Positions 16,972 to 25,963 of a stretch of DNA of 64,000 nt are shown piece by piece (position 1 is the stretch's first letter; each line of letters starts with the position of its first letter). Under the pieces are notes generated by a model, which saw nothing but the letters and a program-made list of their open reading frames with translations, ran no database searches and was not told the origin of the DNA. Both the position numbers and the translations under genes were made by a program. The stretch covers positions 3,151 to 67,150 of the forward strand of contig JAFYRW010000031.1 in NCBI GenBank assembly GCA_017546785.1. Reading direction: 5' to 3'. The stretch is from Bacteroidaceae bacterium (GTDB taxonomy: Bacteria > Bacteroidota > Bacteroidia > Bacteroidales > Bacteroidaceae).

Positions 16972-17682
16972 ATGGCTAAATTTAAAAGAATCCTCCTTAA
17001 GTTAAGTGGCGAGAGCCTTATGGGAGAGCAGGGCTACGGTATTGATGTCAAGCGTCTCAATGAGTATGCGGCACAAATTAAAGAGGTAGCAGCGATGGGA
17101 GTCGAAATAGGTATTGTCATTGGTGGCGGAAATATATTCCGTGGTCTTACAGGTGCGGGCAAGGGCTTCGACCGTGTGAAAGGCGACCAGATGGGAATGA
17201 TGGCAACAGTGATAAACAGCCTTGCACTAAGTTCGGCTCTTGGAGCAATAGATGTTCCCAATAAGGTGCTTACAGCTATCCGTATGGAGCCTGTCGGCGA
17301 ATATTATACAAAATGGAAGGCTATTGAGGCTATGCAGGAGGGAAAGGTTGTCATTATGGCGGCAGGAACAGGAAGCCCCTACTTTACAACCGACACAGGA
17401 TCGTCGTTGCGTGGCATAGAGATTGAGGCCGACGTAATGCTCAAGGGTACACGCGTCGATGGTATCTATACTGCTGATCCAGAGAAAGACCCCACCGCAA
17501 CAAAGTTCCACGATATAAGCTACGACGAGGTTATAAGCCGCGGACTAAAGGTGATGGATATTACAGCAACTGCAATGTGCCGCGAGAATAATCTCCCCAT
17601 TTATGTATTTAATATGGATGTTGTTGGCAATCTTAAGCGTGTGATGGACGGCGAAGAGATTGGAACATTCGTTCATCCTTGA
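16972..17682 (+). CDS. pyrH: UMP kinase
   Basis: The sequence MAKFKRILLKLSGE...GGGNIFRG is the canonical PyrH pattern. I prefer the ATG at 16972. Confidence 0.95.
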   Translation: MAKFKRILLKLSGESLMGEQGYGIDVKRLNEYAAQIKEVAAMGVEIGIVIGGGNIFRGLTGAGKGFDRVKGDQMGMMATVINSLALSSALGAIDVPNKVLTAIRMEPVGEYYTKWKAIEAMQEGKVVIMAAGTGSPYFTTDTGSSLRGIEIEADVMLKGTRVDGIYTADPEKDPTATKFHDISYDEVISRGLKVMDITATAMCRENNLPIYVFNMDVVGNLKRVMDGEEIGTFVHP

Positions 17683-17698
17683 TATATTAAGGCATTAT

Positions 17699-17732
17699 AA
17701 AAAAGAGAGCAACAATTGTTGCTCTCTTTTTT
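17699..17732. terminator. bidirectional rho-independent terminator
   Basis: The palindrome aaaaaagagagcaaca/tgttgctctctttttt has A and T runs on both sides. Confidence 0.75.
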
Positions 17733-17760
17733 GTTTGCTGTATATTGCAAATGATGGCTG

Positions 17761-19431
17761 TTACTCTTTTCCTTTTGTCATCATCCAGCCTGCACTCTGT
17801 TTCACAGCAACAGTTGTTGCGTTGGTATCATCGTTGCTTATTGCGTGCAATGTACCGTCGGACAGCGTAGCAGATGTTGCTGATATAGCTTTATCGTAGG
17901 CAAGGAGACGAGCATTTCCTGCAGTCTGTGTATAGGTAATACAGGTTACTGCTCTCGACTTTTTGTCGTCGGTATCGGCGTTGTAATTCTCGCCGGTAGA
18001 CAACAATGTAACATCAGCATTGTTGATTGTTACGTTAGCATCGCTGTTTATGGCCTTTGAGCCTTTGCCTGTACATTTTATGGCAACATTACCGCCTTTT
18101 ATATCAACATTGCCGCAGCTCTTGATACCTCCGGCTGCTGTTGTGTCACTGTTGGCTATAAAGTATACAGAGCCCTCGGCAATACCCGATATTTTGCCAC
18201 CGTTGATTGTTACGGCACCATCGCTGTTCACTATCTTTGAACCGTTGCCCTTTACCTCGGCCTGTATAACTCCGTTGTTCAATATAAAATTGCCGGTAGT
18301 CTTTATTGCCGAAGCCTTTTCGCCAGTGGTGCATATCTTGATGAATCCACCATTGATTGTTGCGTTGGGGGTAATATTGGTGTCACTCTTCTCGTACTGA
18401 ACCTTTATGGCCTCTCCTACTGTGTTGAATGTAAGATTGCCGGCCTCTATCAGCACATAGCCTTTACCGCAGTCTACTCCGTTACCATTGGCATTTACGG
18501 TTATTTTGGGCGATGAATTCTTTGTGCGTCCCACACGGAACAGGTCATTTGTGTTGAATCCGTCCTTTGCCGCCTCGGTAATGTTTATATTACCTTCGCG
18601 TATGCGGATGTAATCATCGCTGCATATGCCGTGACCACCGAGACTCTTTACGTTAAGAGTACCCGATCCGCTGAATATGAGCTGTCCCTCGCTGAAGAGA
18701 GTGCCTTTCTGGTCTTCTCCTTCTTTTGAGGGAGAGGCATACACTGCACCGTCGCAAAGAGAGTTTGTGGTATTTTTTCCTATAGAGAAATAGACAGTCT
18801 TTCCACTCTGAATGTTAATCGCAGGGCCGTTAGGGTTCGTCAGATTAAGGTTGTTCATCTGTATCATAAACTTCTTGGTGCTATATATTTTTATAGAACC
18901 ATTGCTACAGGTACCTTTAATCTGATAACGCATCTTGCCTTTGCTTGAGTTTATTGTAATATGAGTGTTATCCTCTTTTGTAATTGTAACATTATCAATA
19001 GTACTAGGAGAGTATACTACTCCCGATTCGTTGAATGTGATTATTACTGTCGATTCGTAGGAGAAATTTTCGTGAAAATCGCCCGACTCGTCGATAAGTT
19101 CATCGGTTATTATAACCTCATCCTTTTCGTAGTAATTGTCTGCGTCGGCCTCATTAAATACAACATCAAAGTCAGTTGAATAGTCGAGTAGTGTGCTACT
19201 TAATGGGAGTGCTGCAACAATGCTGTCTGTATTTGCTGTTGCGAAACTATGACATACATTTCTCTTGTTGTTGAATTGTACTAATTTCTGTTCGGGAACA
19301 AAGGTAATATCTTCGTTCTCCGAAACGGGTATCTCAACAGCTGAGCCGTCCTTGTTGCATATATAATATGATTGCGCTTGTACACAAAATACTGTTGCAA
19401 GCAGTGTTAGAGCCAATATTATTCTTTTCAT
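17761..19431 (-). CDS. secreted beta-helix protein, Cthe_2159-like (carbohydrate/polyanion-binding family)
   Basis: The ORF is 556 aa with a signal peptide (VQAQS). It shows periodic G-x-I/V-x-I/V..GG turns (GHGICSDDYIRIREGNINI, NGVDCGKGYVLIEAGNLTF, INGGKISG, IKGGNVAIK) typical of parallel beta-helices. Its start overlaps the upstream gene by 4 nt (ATGA). Confidence 0.65.
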   Translation of the reverse strand: MKRIILALTLLATVFCVQAQSYYICNKDGSAVEIPVSENEDITFVPEQKLVQFNNKRNVCHSFATANTDSIVAALPLSSTLLDYSTDFDVVFNEADADNYYEKDEVIITDELIDESGDFHENFSYESTVIITFNESGVVYSPSTIDNVTITKEDNTHITINSSKGKMRYQIKGTCSNGSIKIYSTKKFMIQMNNLNLTNPNGPAINIQSGKTVYFSIGKNTTNSLCDGAVYASPSKEGEDQKGTLFSEGQLIFSGSGTLNVKSLGGHGICSDDYIRIREGNINITEAAKDGFNTNDLFRVGRTKNSSPKITVNANGNGVDCGKGYVLIEAGNLTFNTVGEAIKVQYEKSDTNITPNATINGGFIKICTTGEKASAIKTTGNFILNNGVIQAEVKGNGSKIVNSDGAVTINGGKISGIAEGSVYFIANSDTTAAGGIKSCGNVDIKGGNVAIKCTGKGSKAINSDANVTINNADVTLLSTGENYNADTDDKKSRAVTCITYTQTAGNARLLAYDKAISATSATLSDGTLHAISNDDTNATTVAVKQSAGWMMTKGKE

Positions 19432-19889
19432 CGTTTCAGAAATTTAACGGTTCTACAATTTGCTTGTAACATATATACTCCATTGGGTAGGTGCGCAATG
19501 TTTATGCAACCATTGTTGCTTAATGCTCTCTGTGAAAGCACGATGCAACCGCTGAGGTTGTATATGGCAATTATTTCTCCCGCAGGGCAATTAACCGAAA
19601 TGTCGTCTGATGATACAAAATTCAAAAGTCTGCCATTGTCGGTAACATTCTCTACTCCTGTCTCGGTAATAGTGGTAGTAATACGCAGAATATCGGCCAT
19701 CTGATTGCTGATACTCTCTCCTTTATCAGACAGTATATTTACCTTGTTGCCATCGAATGTAATCTTGCGGAAATTCTTCCATAGCATAGTCTGTGTGTCG
19801 CCACTAACCTTTTCTATAGTTATTTGCGACTGCGACATTGCCGGGATTGTCAGCAAGGCGAATGTGAAAAATATTATTAATTTTTTCAT
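19428..19889 (-). CDS. small T9SS substrate (about 60-aa cargo plus C-terminal sorting domain)
   Basis: The ORF is 153 aa with a signal peptide. The C-terminal roughly 70 aa end ...IAIYNLSGCIVL...HLPNGVYMLQANCRTVKFLKR, which resembles the Por_Secre_tail type. Confidence 0.6.
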   Translation of the reverse strand: MKKLIIFFTFALLTIPAMSQSQITIEKVSGDTQTMLWKNFRKITFDGNKVNILSDKGESISNQMADILRITTTITETGVENVTDNGRLLNFVSSDDISVNCPAGEIIAIYNLSGCIVLSQRALSNNGCINIAHLPNGVYMLQANCRTVKFLKR

Positions 19890-19898
19890 ACAGTTATA

Positions 19899-20777
19899 TT
19901 AAAGGTCGAATGAGTATCCCACTCCTATTGCGTGTATGGCAGGGCTGCTGCTTGAGTGGTTGTCCTGATATAGATAGTAGAGCGAAATTTCGTTGTCCTT
20001 GTCTATCTTATACTCGGCACCGATGCGGTAGCGTAACTTGTCGTGGAACTGCCATTTGTCGAGACGAGTGAAAAGCTCTACTGACGCAAAAGGTGTTACG
20101 GGGCATTTTTTGATATCCCATTTCGCAGTGAGACGTGAACGCAATGTGGTATTGTGCTTGGCATCCTTCAATTCTGCCTCGCTTTTGGTGGGCTTGTAAG
20201 GATCGTTGGGGTCGTCGTTGGTGATGTACTCCGAATTGGGGTCGTCGCTGTCTTTCTGGAATGGTCTGTATTGGTCCTCGTATACCAATGCGCTGTGAGT
20301 GTACTGATACTGTACTCTTTCGCGCAGGCTGAATTTTACGCGTCCAATCTTCCAGCTTGCACTCAAAGAGGCAACGAGACGGTCGCGCTGCTCCCAATAA
20401 GAACGGTCTATATTGTAGCTGTAAATCTCGTTGTTGTCGTTGTCAAGGCCTACAAAATCTTTTATTTTCTTCTCCTCGGCATTGTGCGACTGAATGTAGA
20501 TATATCCAATATCGGCTTTTAACCACGAAAGAATGTCGTAGCTAAAATCTACGCCAATTGAACGGCGGTCCATCTGAGAAACACCCTCAATGCTTCGAAG
20601 CTCTCCCTCGAATCCTATTTTCAGGCGGTCGGTCAGTTTCTTACTTGCATTTAAGCTTGTCCATATTCCAAAATCGTCGCACTCGCTCTGAGCCTGTGCT
20701 GCCGAAAATGAGAATAGTATAACTGTTGCTACTGCAATCAGTCGTGCAAATTTGTTATTCTTTAATCTTGAATTCAT
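19899..20777 (-). CDS. predicted outer-membrane beta-barrel protein, DUF2490-like
   Basis: The ORF is 292 aa with a signal peptide (AAQAQS). It has repeated amphipathic beta-strand pattern and the terminal strand GVGYSFDL. It overlaps the upstream gene by 23 nt. Confidence 0.55.
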   Translation of the reverse strand: MNSRLKNNKFARLIAVATVILFSFSAAQAQSECDDFGIWTSLNASKKLTDRLKIGFEGELRSIEGVSQMDRRSIGVDFSYDILSWLKADIGYIYIQSHNAEEKKIKDFVGLDNDNNEIYSYNIDRSYWEQRDRLVASLSASWKIGRVKFSLRERVQYQYTHSALVYEDQYRPFQKDSDDPNSEYITNDDPNDPYKPTKSEAELKDAKHNTTLRSRLTAKWDIKKCPVTPFASVELFTRLDKWQFHDKLRYRIGAEYKIDKDNEISLYYLYQDNHSSSSPAIHAIGVGYSFDL

Positions 20778-21516
20778 CGCTGGGGGCTTTTGTAATAGTA
20801 TCTACTGTGTTGATTGACTTGTTAGATGAGCGGTAATACATCTTGATAATAGCTGCATCTTTCAAAAAGTCTATTCCACCAACCTCTACTTTAACAATGT
20901 CGAGTCCTGTGCGTTTCTTTAAATCCTCGATAAGTTCCTCTTTTTTGTCGGGGGTAATAAGGTTTACATTATCGTATTTAATAACCTTGTACGACAAATG
21001 GCTAATGAAGATAGTACTTTCGCACATCCATATAGAGAAGATGAACAAAAGGTTTGCAACAACCATTTCGGAATAGCTTAACTCCTCGATTACCAATCCG
21101 TTGATAGCACTCATCGCAATAATGATGAACAGATAGGTCATCTCTCTGATGGCTACCTGCTCGGTGCGGTAACGTATGATGCTGAAGATAGCAAAAAGTC
21201 CGAGTGCGAATCCTGTCTTCAACTTTACTCCACCCAATAGGTAGATGAGCAAGAAAATGCTGATAGAGATTAGTATGAAAGTGAAGAAGAACTCTCCGCG
21301 TTTACATTTTGGGTAGTAGAAGCAGCGTGCAACGATACCTACGAAAAAGAGGTTGATGAAGAATCCTAAAACAAGGTTCCACACTCCGGGAAGGTTAATT
21401 ATCTCACCAGCCAGACGTGCGCTCTCGCCGGTAGTGATAAAGTCTTCTCCTAAACTGGCGAGAGTGTTTGCAGCCTGTGCACCACCTGCCAAAAAAGTTG
21501 TAAAAATGTCCATCAT
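20755..21516 (-). CDS. DUF4956-family inner-membrane protein
   Basis: The ORF is 253 aa with 4-5 TM helices. It has the FAIFSIIRYRT...REMTYLF block and a C-terminal soluble domain. Confidence 0.65.
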   Translation of the reverse strand: MMDIFTTFLAGGAQAANTLASLGEDFITTGESARLAGEIINLPGVWNLVLGFFINLFFVGIVARCFYYPKCKRGEFFFTFILISISIFLLIYLLGGVKLKTGFALGLFAIFSIIRYRTEQVAIREMTYLFIIIAMSAINGLVIEELSYSEMVVANLLFIFSIWMCESTIFISHLSYKVIKYDNVNLITPDKKEELIEDLKKRTGLDIVKVEVGGIDFLKDAAIIKMYYRSSNKSINTVDTITKAPSDEFKIKE

Positions 21517-21528
21517 ATTAGTAGTTTT

Positions 21529-22296
21529 TTATTGTTTATGCTCTAATCTGTCTATGAATTTAAGTCTCTCCTTAAAATTGTTCCTTTTAAGATTTTTGTT
21601 TGTGCGTGCGCTTCCTATGCAGTATTTGCTGAATCCCGAGCGCTTTATTCTAAGGTCGCGTATGATGGCGAGTGCCGGTGAAGGAACGTTGCCGTCGCGC
21701 TTTAATTCTATTATCGCCACTCGTCTGAGCTCGTCTTTGCCGTCGGTGGCAAAGCTGTGGAATCTTAAGTCAAAATCTATGGTGAGACGTTCGGTTTTTT
21801 CGTAATTGACCAATGTTATTCTGCTGAACCTGTTTTCGCAGGTAGGAATCAATTCTTCGAGATTATACCACGCGTGTTTGGCAAGAAACGGTACAACGTT
21901 CTCCTGTTCGGCCTTTAGTGTATTGACACTTTCGACGTTGATTCGTTTCTTTTTTGTGCGGCCGTGGTTGTTCTTGTTCTTTACCTCGAGAAAGGTGTCG
22001 TTGCTGTCGAGATATGTTCTTACTCGTATCTTCTCGCGTCTGGTCTTGCCGTTGTGATGCATTGTGTACATTGTATAATCGGCAGTGTCGAGATATACTG
22101 TGTGATACGATGCAATACGCGTGTCATTGTGCTCCTGAATGTAATATTTGCCCTGAACGGCAAGTAGAAAGGCATTCAGTTGCTCCAGTGTCGCAACAAA
22201 TTTCGTGTCGGTTCTATTCATAAGTTTTATACCCGACATATCCTTTAGCGATATTGGTGGCAATAGCTTAACGTTCTCTGTAATCTGATTTCTCAT
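21529..22296 (-). CDS. VTC-domain protein (polyphosphate polymerase-type triphosphate-tunnel fold)
   Basis: The motifs are R-TDTKF, KIRVRTY...FLEVKNKN..RTKKKR, RITLV, LTIDFDL and IIELK. These alternate basic and acidic tunnel strands as in Vtc4/CYTH folds. I prefer the start at 22296 (MRNQI) because a -7 box overlaps the longer ORF start at 22371. Confidence 0.7.
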   Translation of the reverse strand: MRNQITENVKLLPPISLKDMSGIKLMNRTDTKFVATLEQLNAFLLAVQGKYYIQEHNDTRIASYHTVYLDTADYTMYTMHHNGKTRREKIRVRTYLDSNDTFLEVKNKNNHGRTKKKRINVESVNTLKAEQENVVPFLAKHAWYNLEELIPTCENRFSRITLVNYEKTERLTIDFDLRFHSFATDGKDELRRVAIIELKRDGNVPSPALAIIRDLRIKRSGFSKYCIGSARTNKNLKRNNFKERLKFIDRLEHKQ

Positions 22297-22368
22297 ACGC
22301 TTGTTCGTGTCTCTTGCGGCACTGTCCTGTGTCCGCAATAATTCGATATTAGCATAAATTATTTGGAA

Positions 22369-22376
22369 CAAATATA
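22369..22376 (-). promoter_or_regulatory. -7 box TATATTTG (VTC operon)
   Basis: The plus strand reads CAAATATA, which is TATATTTG on the minus strand. It lies 73 nt upstream of the 22296 start codon. Confidence 0.4.
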
Positions 22377-22408
22377 GTAAAAAAAATAAATAAATTGTCG
22401 AATTGTGG

Positions 22409-22416
22409 TAAATTTG
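22409..22416 (+). promoter_or_regulatory. -7 box TAAATTTG (HD gene)
   Basis: This matches TAnnTTTG 80 nt upstream of 22496 and is divergent from the VTC operon promoter. Confidence 0.35.
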
Positions 22417-22495
22417 TATTCGGCAATGTGATGAACGGTTATAATTTAGCTGTCTGCAGCCCTCTTTTGTAAATAAAAATTTAATAAATGCAGCA

Positions 22496-23035
22496 ATGGA
22501 TTTTCAGAAAATAATAGACAAATATTATCCTTTGGAGAATGAGCAGAGACGAATCTATATGACTCACGCACGTAAGGTCGCTGATCTTGCTCTCGATATT
22601 TCTCGCCGTCATCCTGAACTCAATGCCGACGATGCATTCATAGAGGAGGCTGCAATGCTCCACGATCTTGGGATGTTCCTTGTCGATGCTCCCCGCATCC
22701 ATTGCTTTGGCGATGCACCCTATATTTGCCACGGATACCTTGGCGCCAATCTTCTGCGTAACGAAGGCTTTGAGCGTCACGCCCTTGTGTGTGAACGACA
22801 TACGGGGACGGGCCTCTCAAAAGAGCTTATCGAATCATCGGGCTGGCCGTTGCCCTGTAAGGATATGCTGCCTCTTAGCATAGAGGAGCAGATTATCTGT
22901 TTCGCCGACAAATTCTATTCAAAGACAAAGTTTCTCGAGGTGTCGCGAACAATTGAGCAGGTCGAAGAGAGTATGCGCAAAATATCGGAAGAGTCGGTAG
23001 AGAAAATCCGAAATTGGGCAGGATTATTTTTATAA
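22496..23035 (+). CDS. HD-domain phosphohydrolase
   Basis: The ORF is 179 aa with H...HDLG metal-binding motifs (MLHDLGMF). Confidence 0.8.
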   Translation: MDFQKIIDKYYPLENEQRRIYMTHARKVADLALDISRRHPELNADDAFIEEAAMLHDLGMFLVDAPRIHCFGDAPYICHGYLGANLLRNEGFERHALVCERHTGTGLSKELIESSGWPLPCKDMLPLSIEEQIICFADKFYSKTKFLEVSRTIEQVEESMRKISEESVEKIRNWAGLFL

Positions 23036-23115
23036 AAAAATAAAATATTGGCAGAAGCACCCTTTTTGCCCCTCTTTTTTAATCAAAAATTGCTGTTTAC
23101 TTCTTTTTTATTTCG

Positions 23116-23123
23116 TATTTTTG
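23116..23123 (+). promoter_or_regulatory. -7 box TATTTTTG (lptD-like gene)
   Basis: This matches TAnnTTTG 27 nt upstream of 23150. Confidence 0.4.
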
Positions 23124-23149
23124 TCGCTTAAATTGAACGTATAGTGTAA

Positions 23150-25903
23150 ATGGGGCGACAAATGGGACGTAGTATACTCTCTGCATTTCTTATCTTTATA
23201 TCGGTTGTGCTGCTTGCATTGCCGGTGCAGGGTAGCGTATCTCCCCGTTATATTGCCAATTGCTATATGTCATCAGACTCTCTTGCTGGCGACTCGCCCT
23301 CTAAGCTTCCTGCCGACTCTATAGCCTCCGATTCTACCGAGAAAAAGTCCAATGCCATAGATGCTCCTGTCATCTATGAGTCCAACGACTCAATGGTGTG
23401 GGTACGCGGCGGCAATGCCTATCTTTATGGCGAGGCAAAGGTCAATTATCAGAATATAGAGCTTACTGCGGGAACAATCTCAATGAATATGGACAGCAGC
23501 CTTGTTCACGCTACCGCAATGGTCGATTCGTTGGGTAATTCCCACTCGCTGCCGGTGTTCAAGGATGGAGGAACCCCTTATGAGTCTGACCGTATGAGCT
23601 ATAATTTCAAGAGCAAGAAGGGCTATATAAACAACGTCTACACTCAGCAGAGCGACGGCTTTCTTATGGGAAAGAATGCTAAGAAAGACGAAGATAATAC
23701 ATTCTACGCACAGAATGCCCGTTACACTACTTGCGATGCTAGCCATCCGCACTTTTACGTAGCCTTGACAAGAGCAAAGATGCGCCCCGAGAAAGATGTT
23801 GTCTTTGGTCCTGCCTATCTTGTTGTTGCTGACGTTCCTCTGCCGTTGGCCATACCTTTTGGATTCTTCCCCTTTACCAGCGACTATTCATCGGGATTCA
23901 TTATGCCATCATATGGCGACGAACTTGAGCGAGGATTCTATCTGCGCGACGGCGGTTACTATTTTGCCATAAGCGACAAGATGGACCTTAGGCTCACGGG
24001 AGAGATTTTTACTAAAGGTTCGTGGGGTGTTGCCGCCTCTTCGAACTATGCGCGGCGTTACCGTTTTTCGGGAAGCTTTAATCTTAGCTATCTTGTGACA
24101 AAGCAGGGCGAGCGTAATTTGCCAGACTACTCTGTGGGTAAGAACTTTAGAATACAGTGGAATCATACTCAGGATGCAAAGTCAATGCCTAGCAGCAATT
24201 TCTCGGCGAGTGTGAATTTTGCTACCTCAAACTATGAGCGTGCCAATCTGAACAGTCTCTATAATCCCATCCTCAATTCCCAGAGTGTGCGAACGTCGAG
24301 TGTGAGCTATTCAAAGACATTCTCCAGCATAGGCCTTACTCTCTCTACAACAGCGAATATCTCGCAGAATGTGCAGGATTCAACCTTGTCGCTCACTTTG
24401 CCCAGCCTTAATGTGTCGCTCTCCAAGAAATATCCTTTTAAGCGTAAGAAGAGAGCTGGCGAGGAGCGCTGGTACGAAAAAATATCACTCTCTTATAGCG
24501 GACAGCTCAGCAACAGTATATCGACAAAGGAGGATAAATTGTTTAAGTCCAATCTTGCACGAGACTGGAACAATGGCTTCAAGCATAATATCCCCATAAG
24601 CGCGACATTCCAATTGTTCAAATATATAAACATTACCCCTAGCTTCAATTACACCGAACGATGGTATCTTAGAAAGGTTAATCAGTCGTGGGACGAGGCT
24701 ACACATTCGGTAGTAAAGGATACAGTCTTTGGCTTTAACCGAGTGTATAACTACAATATGTCGCTGTCGATGAATACGACCCTCTATGGCTTCTATCAGC
24801 CGGCGGGATTCCTCAAGAATAGCCGCGTGCAGATGGTGCGTCACGTATTCAAACCCTCTCTCTCGTTCTCTTATGCCCCCGATTTTGGAGCTTCGCGATA
24901 CGGATACTACGATACTTATACATATACCGACGACAGAGGAGAGGTTCGCACTGTGGAGTATTCTCCCTATGCAGGCTCAATGTATGGAGTGCCCGGAAAG
25001 GGACGTACTGGTAGCATCAATCTCGATATTGGCAATAATGTCGAAATGAAATGGCGTACAAAGACCGACTCCATAAAAAAGGTCAGTATCATTGATGAGC
25101 TTGGTGCAAATATTTCGTATAATCTTGCTGCAAAGAAGCAGCCGTGGAGTAATCTTTCGACTCGTTTGCGTCTGAAACTGACAAAGAACTACACATTCAG
25201 CTTCAATGCTGTGTGGGCTACATACGCCTACGCTTTCAATGACAGAGGACAAGTAGTCGTGGGAGATAGGACCGAATGGTCTTATGGTCGTTTCGGACGT
25301 TTCCAGGGAATGAGCCACAACCTTTCGTATACATTCAACAATGCTACTTGGGGAAAAATTGTCAAGCTGCTGAATCTTGGCAAAAAGAAAGATATTGACG
25401 AGGAAGAGTCGGAGGAAATGAGCGAGAAGGATAAGATAAAGGAGAATGCCGACAAGATGAAGGGTGCATCTATGCGCTCGGCCTCACGCGAGAAAAAAAG
25501 CACTGCCGATGTTGATGATGACGGATATATGCCATTCAAATTCCCGTGGAGTTTCTCGGTGTCCTATGGTATTGTGATGGCCGAGAATAGGTCGGCACCT
25601 ATAAATATACGCACAATGCGTTACCCCTATAAATTTACTCAGAACCTTAACTTCTCGGGTAATATAGGAATCTCCGACGAGTGGAAGATAAATTTCACTT
25701 CGGGATATAATATCGAGTACAAGAAGCTGACAACAACTACAATGAATGTCTCGCGTAACCTTCACTGTTTCGAAATGTCGTGCGGCATTGTCATTGCTCC
25801 ATATACATCCTTTAATTTCTCGTTCAGGGCTACCTCGCAGATGCTTGCCGACGTGCTTAAATACGACAAACACGGAGGAAACAGCAATGTGGAGTGGTAT
25901 TAA
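23150..25903 (+). CDS. LptD/OstA-like outer-membrane LPS-assembly protein
   Basis: The ORF is 917 aa with a signal sequence. An N-terminal OstA-like beta-jellyroll block is present (VWVRGGNAYLYGEAKVNYQNIELTAG). A long beta-barrel region follows, with a K/E-rich insert. Confidence 0.72.
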   Translation: MGRQMGRSILSAFLIFISVVLLALPVQGSVSPRYIANCYMSSDSLAGDSPSKLPADSIASDSTEKKSNAIDAPVIYESNDSMVWVRGGNAYLYGEAKVNYQNIELTAGTISMNMDSSLVHATAMVDSLGNSHSLPVFKDGGTPYESDRMSYNFKSKKGYINNVYTQQSDGFLMGKNAKKDEDNTFYAQNARYTTCDASHPHFYVALTRAKMRPEKDVVFGPAYLVVADVPLPLAIPFGFFPFTSDYSSGFIMPSYGDELERGFYLRDGGYYFAISDKMDLRLTGEIFTKGSWGVAASSNYARRYRFSGSFNLSYLVTKQGERNLPDYSVGKNFRIQWNHTQDAKSMPSSNFSASVNFATSNYERANLNSLYNPILNSQSVRTSSVSYSKTFSSIGLTLSTTANISQNVQDSTLSLTLPSLNVSLSKKYPFKRKKRAGEERWYEKISLSYSGQLSNSISTKEDKLFKSNLARDWNNGFKHNIPISATFQLFKYINITPSFNYTERWYLRKVNQSWDEATHSVVKDTVFGFNRVYNYNMSLSMNTTLYGFYQPAGFLKNSRVQMVRHVFKPSLSFSYAPDFGASRYGYYDTYTYTDDRGEVRTVEYSPYAGSMYGVPGKGRTGSINLDIGNNVEMKWRTKTDSIKKVSIIDELGANISYNLAAKKQPWSNLSTRLRLKLTKNYTFSFNAVWATYAYAFNDRGQVVVGDRTEWSYGRFGRFQGMSHNLSYTFNNATWGKIVKLLNLGKKKDIDEEESEEMSEKDKIKENADKMKGASMRSASREKKSTADVDDDGYMPFKFPWSFSVSYGIVMAENRSAPINIRTMRYPYKFTQNLNFSGNIGISDEWKINFTSGYNIEYKKLTTTTMNVSRNLHCFEMSCGIVIAPYTSFNFSFRATSQMLADVLKYDKHGGNSNVEWY

Positions 25904-25922
25904 GCAAAAGGAATATCATAAT

Positions 25923-25958
25923 AAAAAATGAGCGGTTACATTGTAACCGCTCATTTTT
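25923..25958. terminator. bidirectional rho-independent terminator
   Basis: The stem is aaaaaatgagcggttaca/tgtaaccgctcattttt. Confidence 0.75.
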
Positions 25959-25963
25959 GTATG

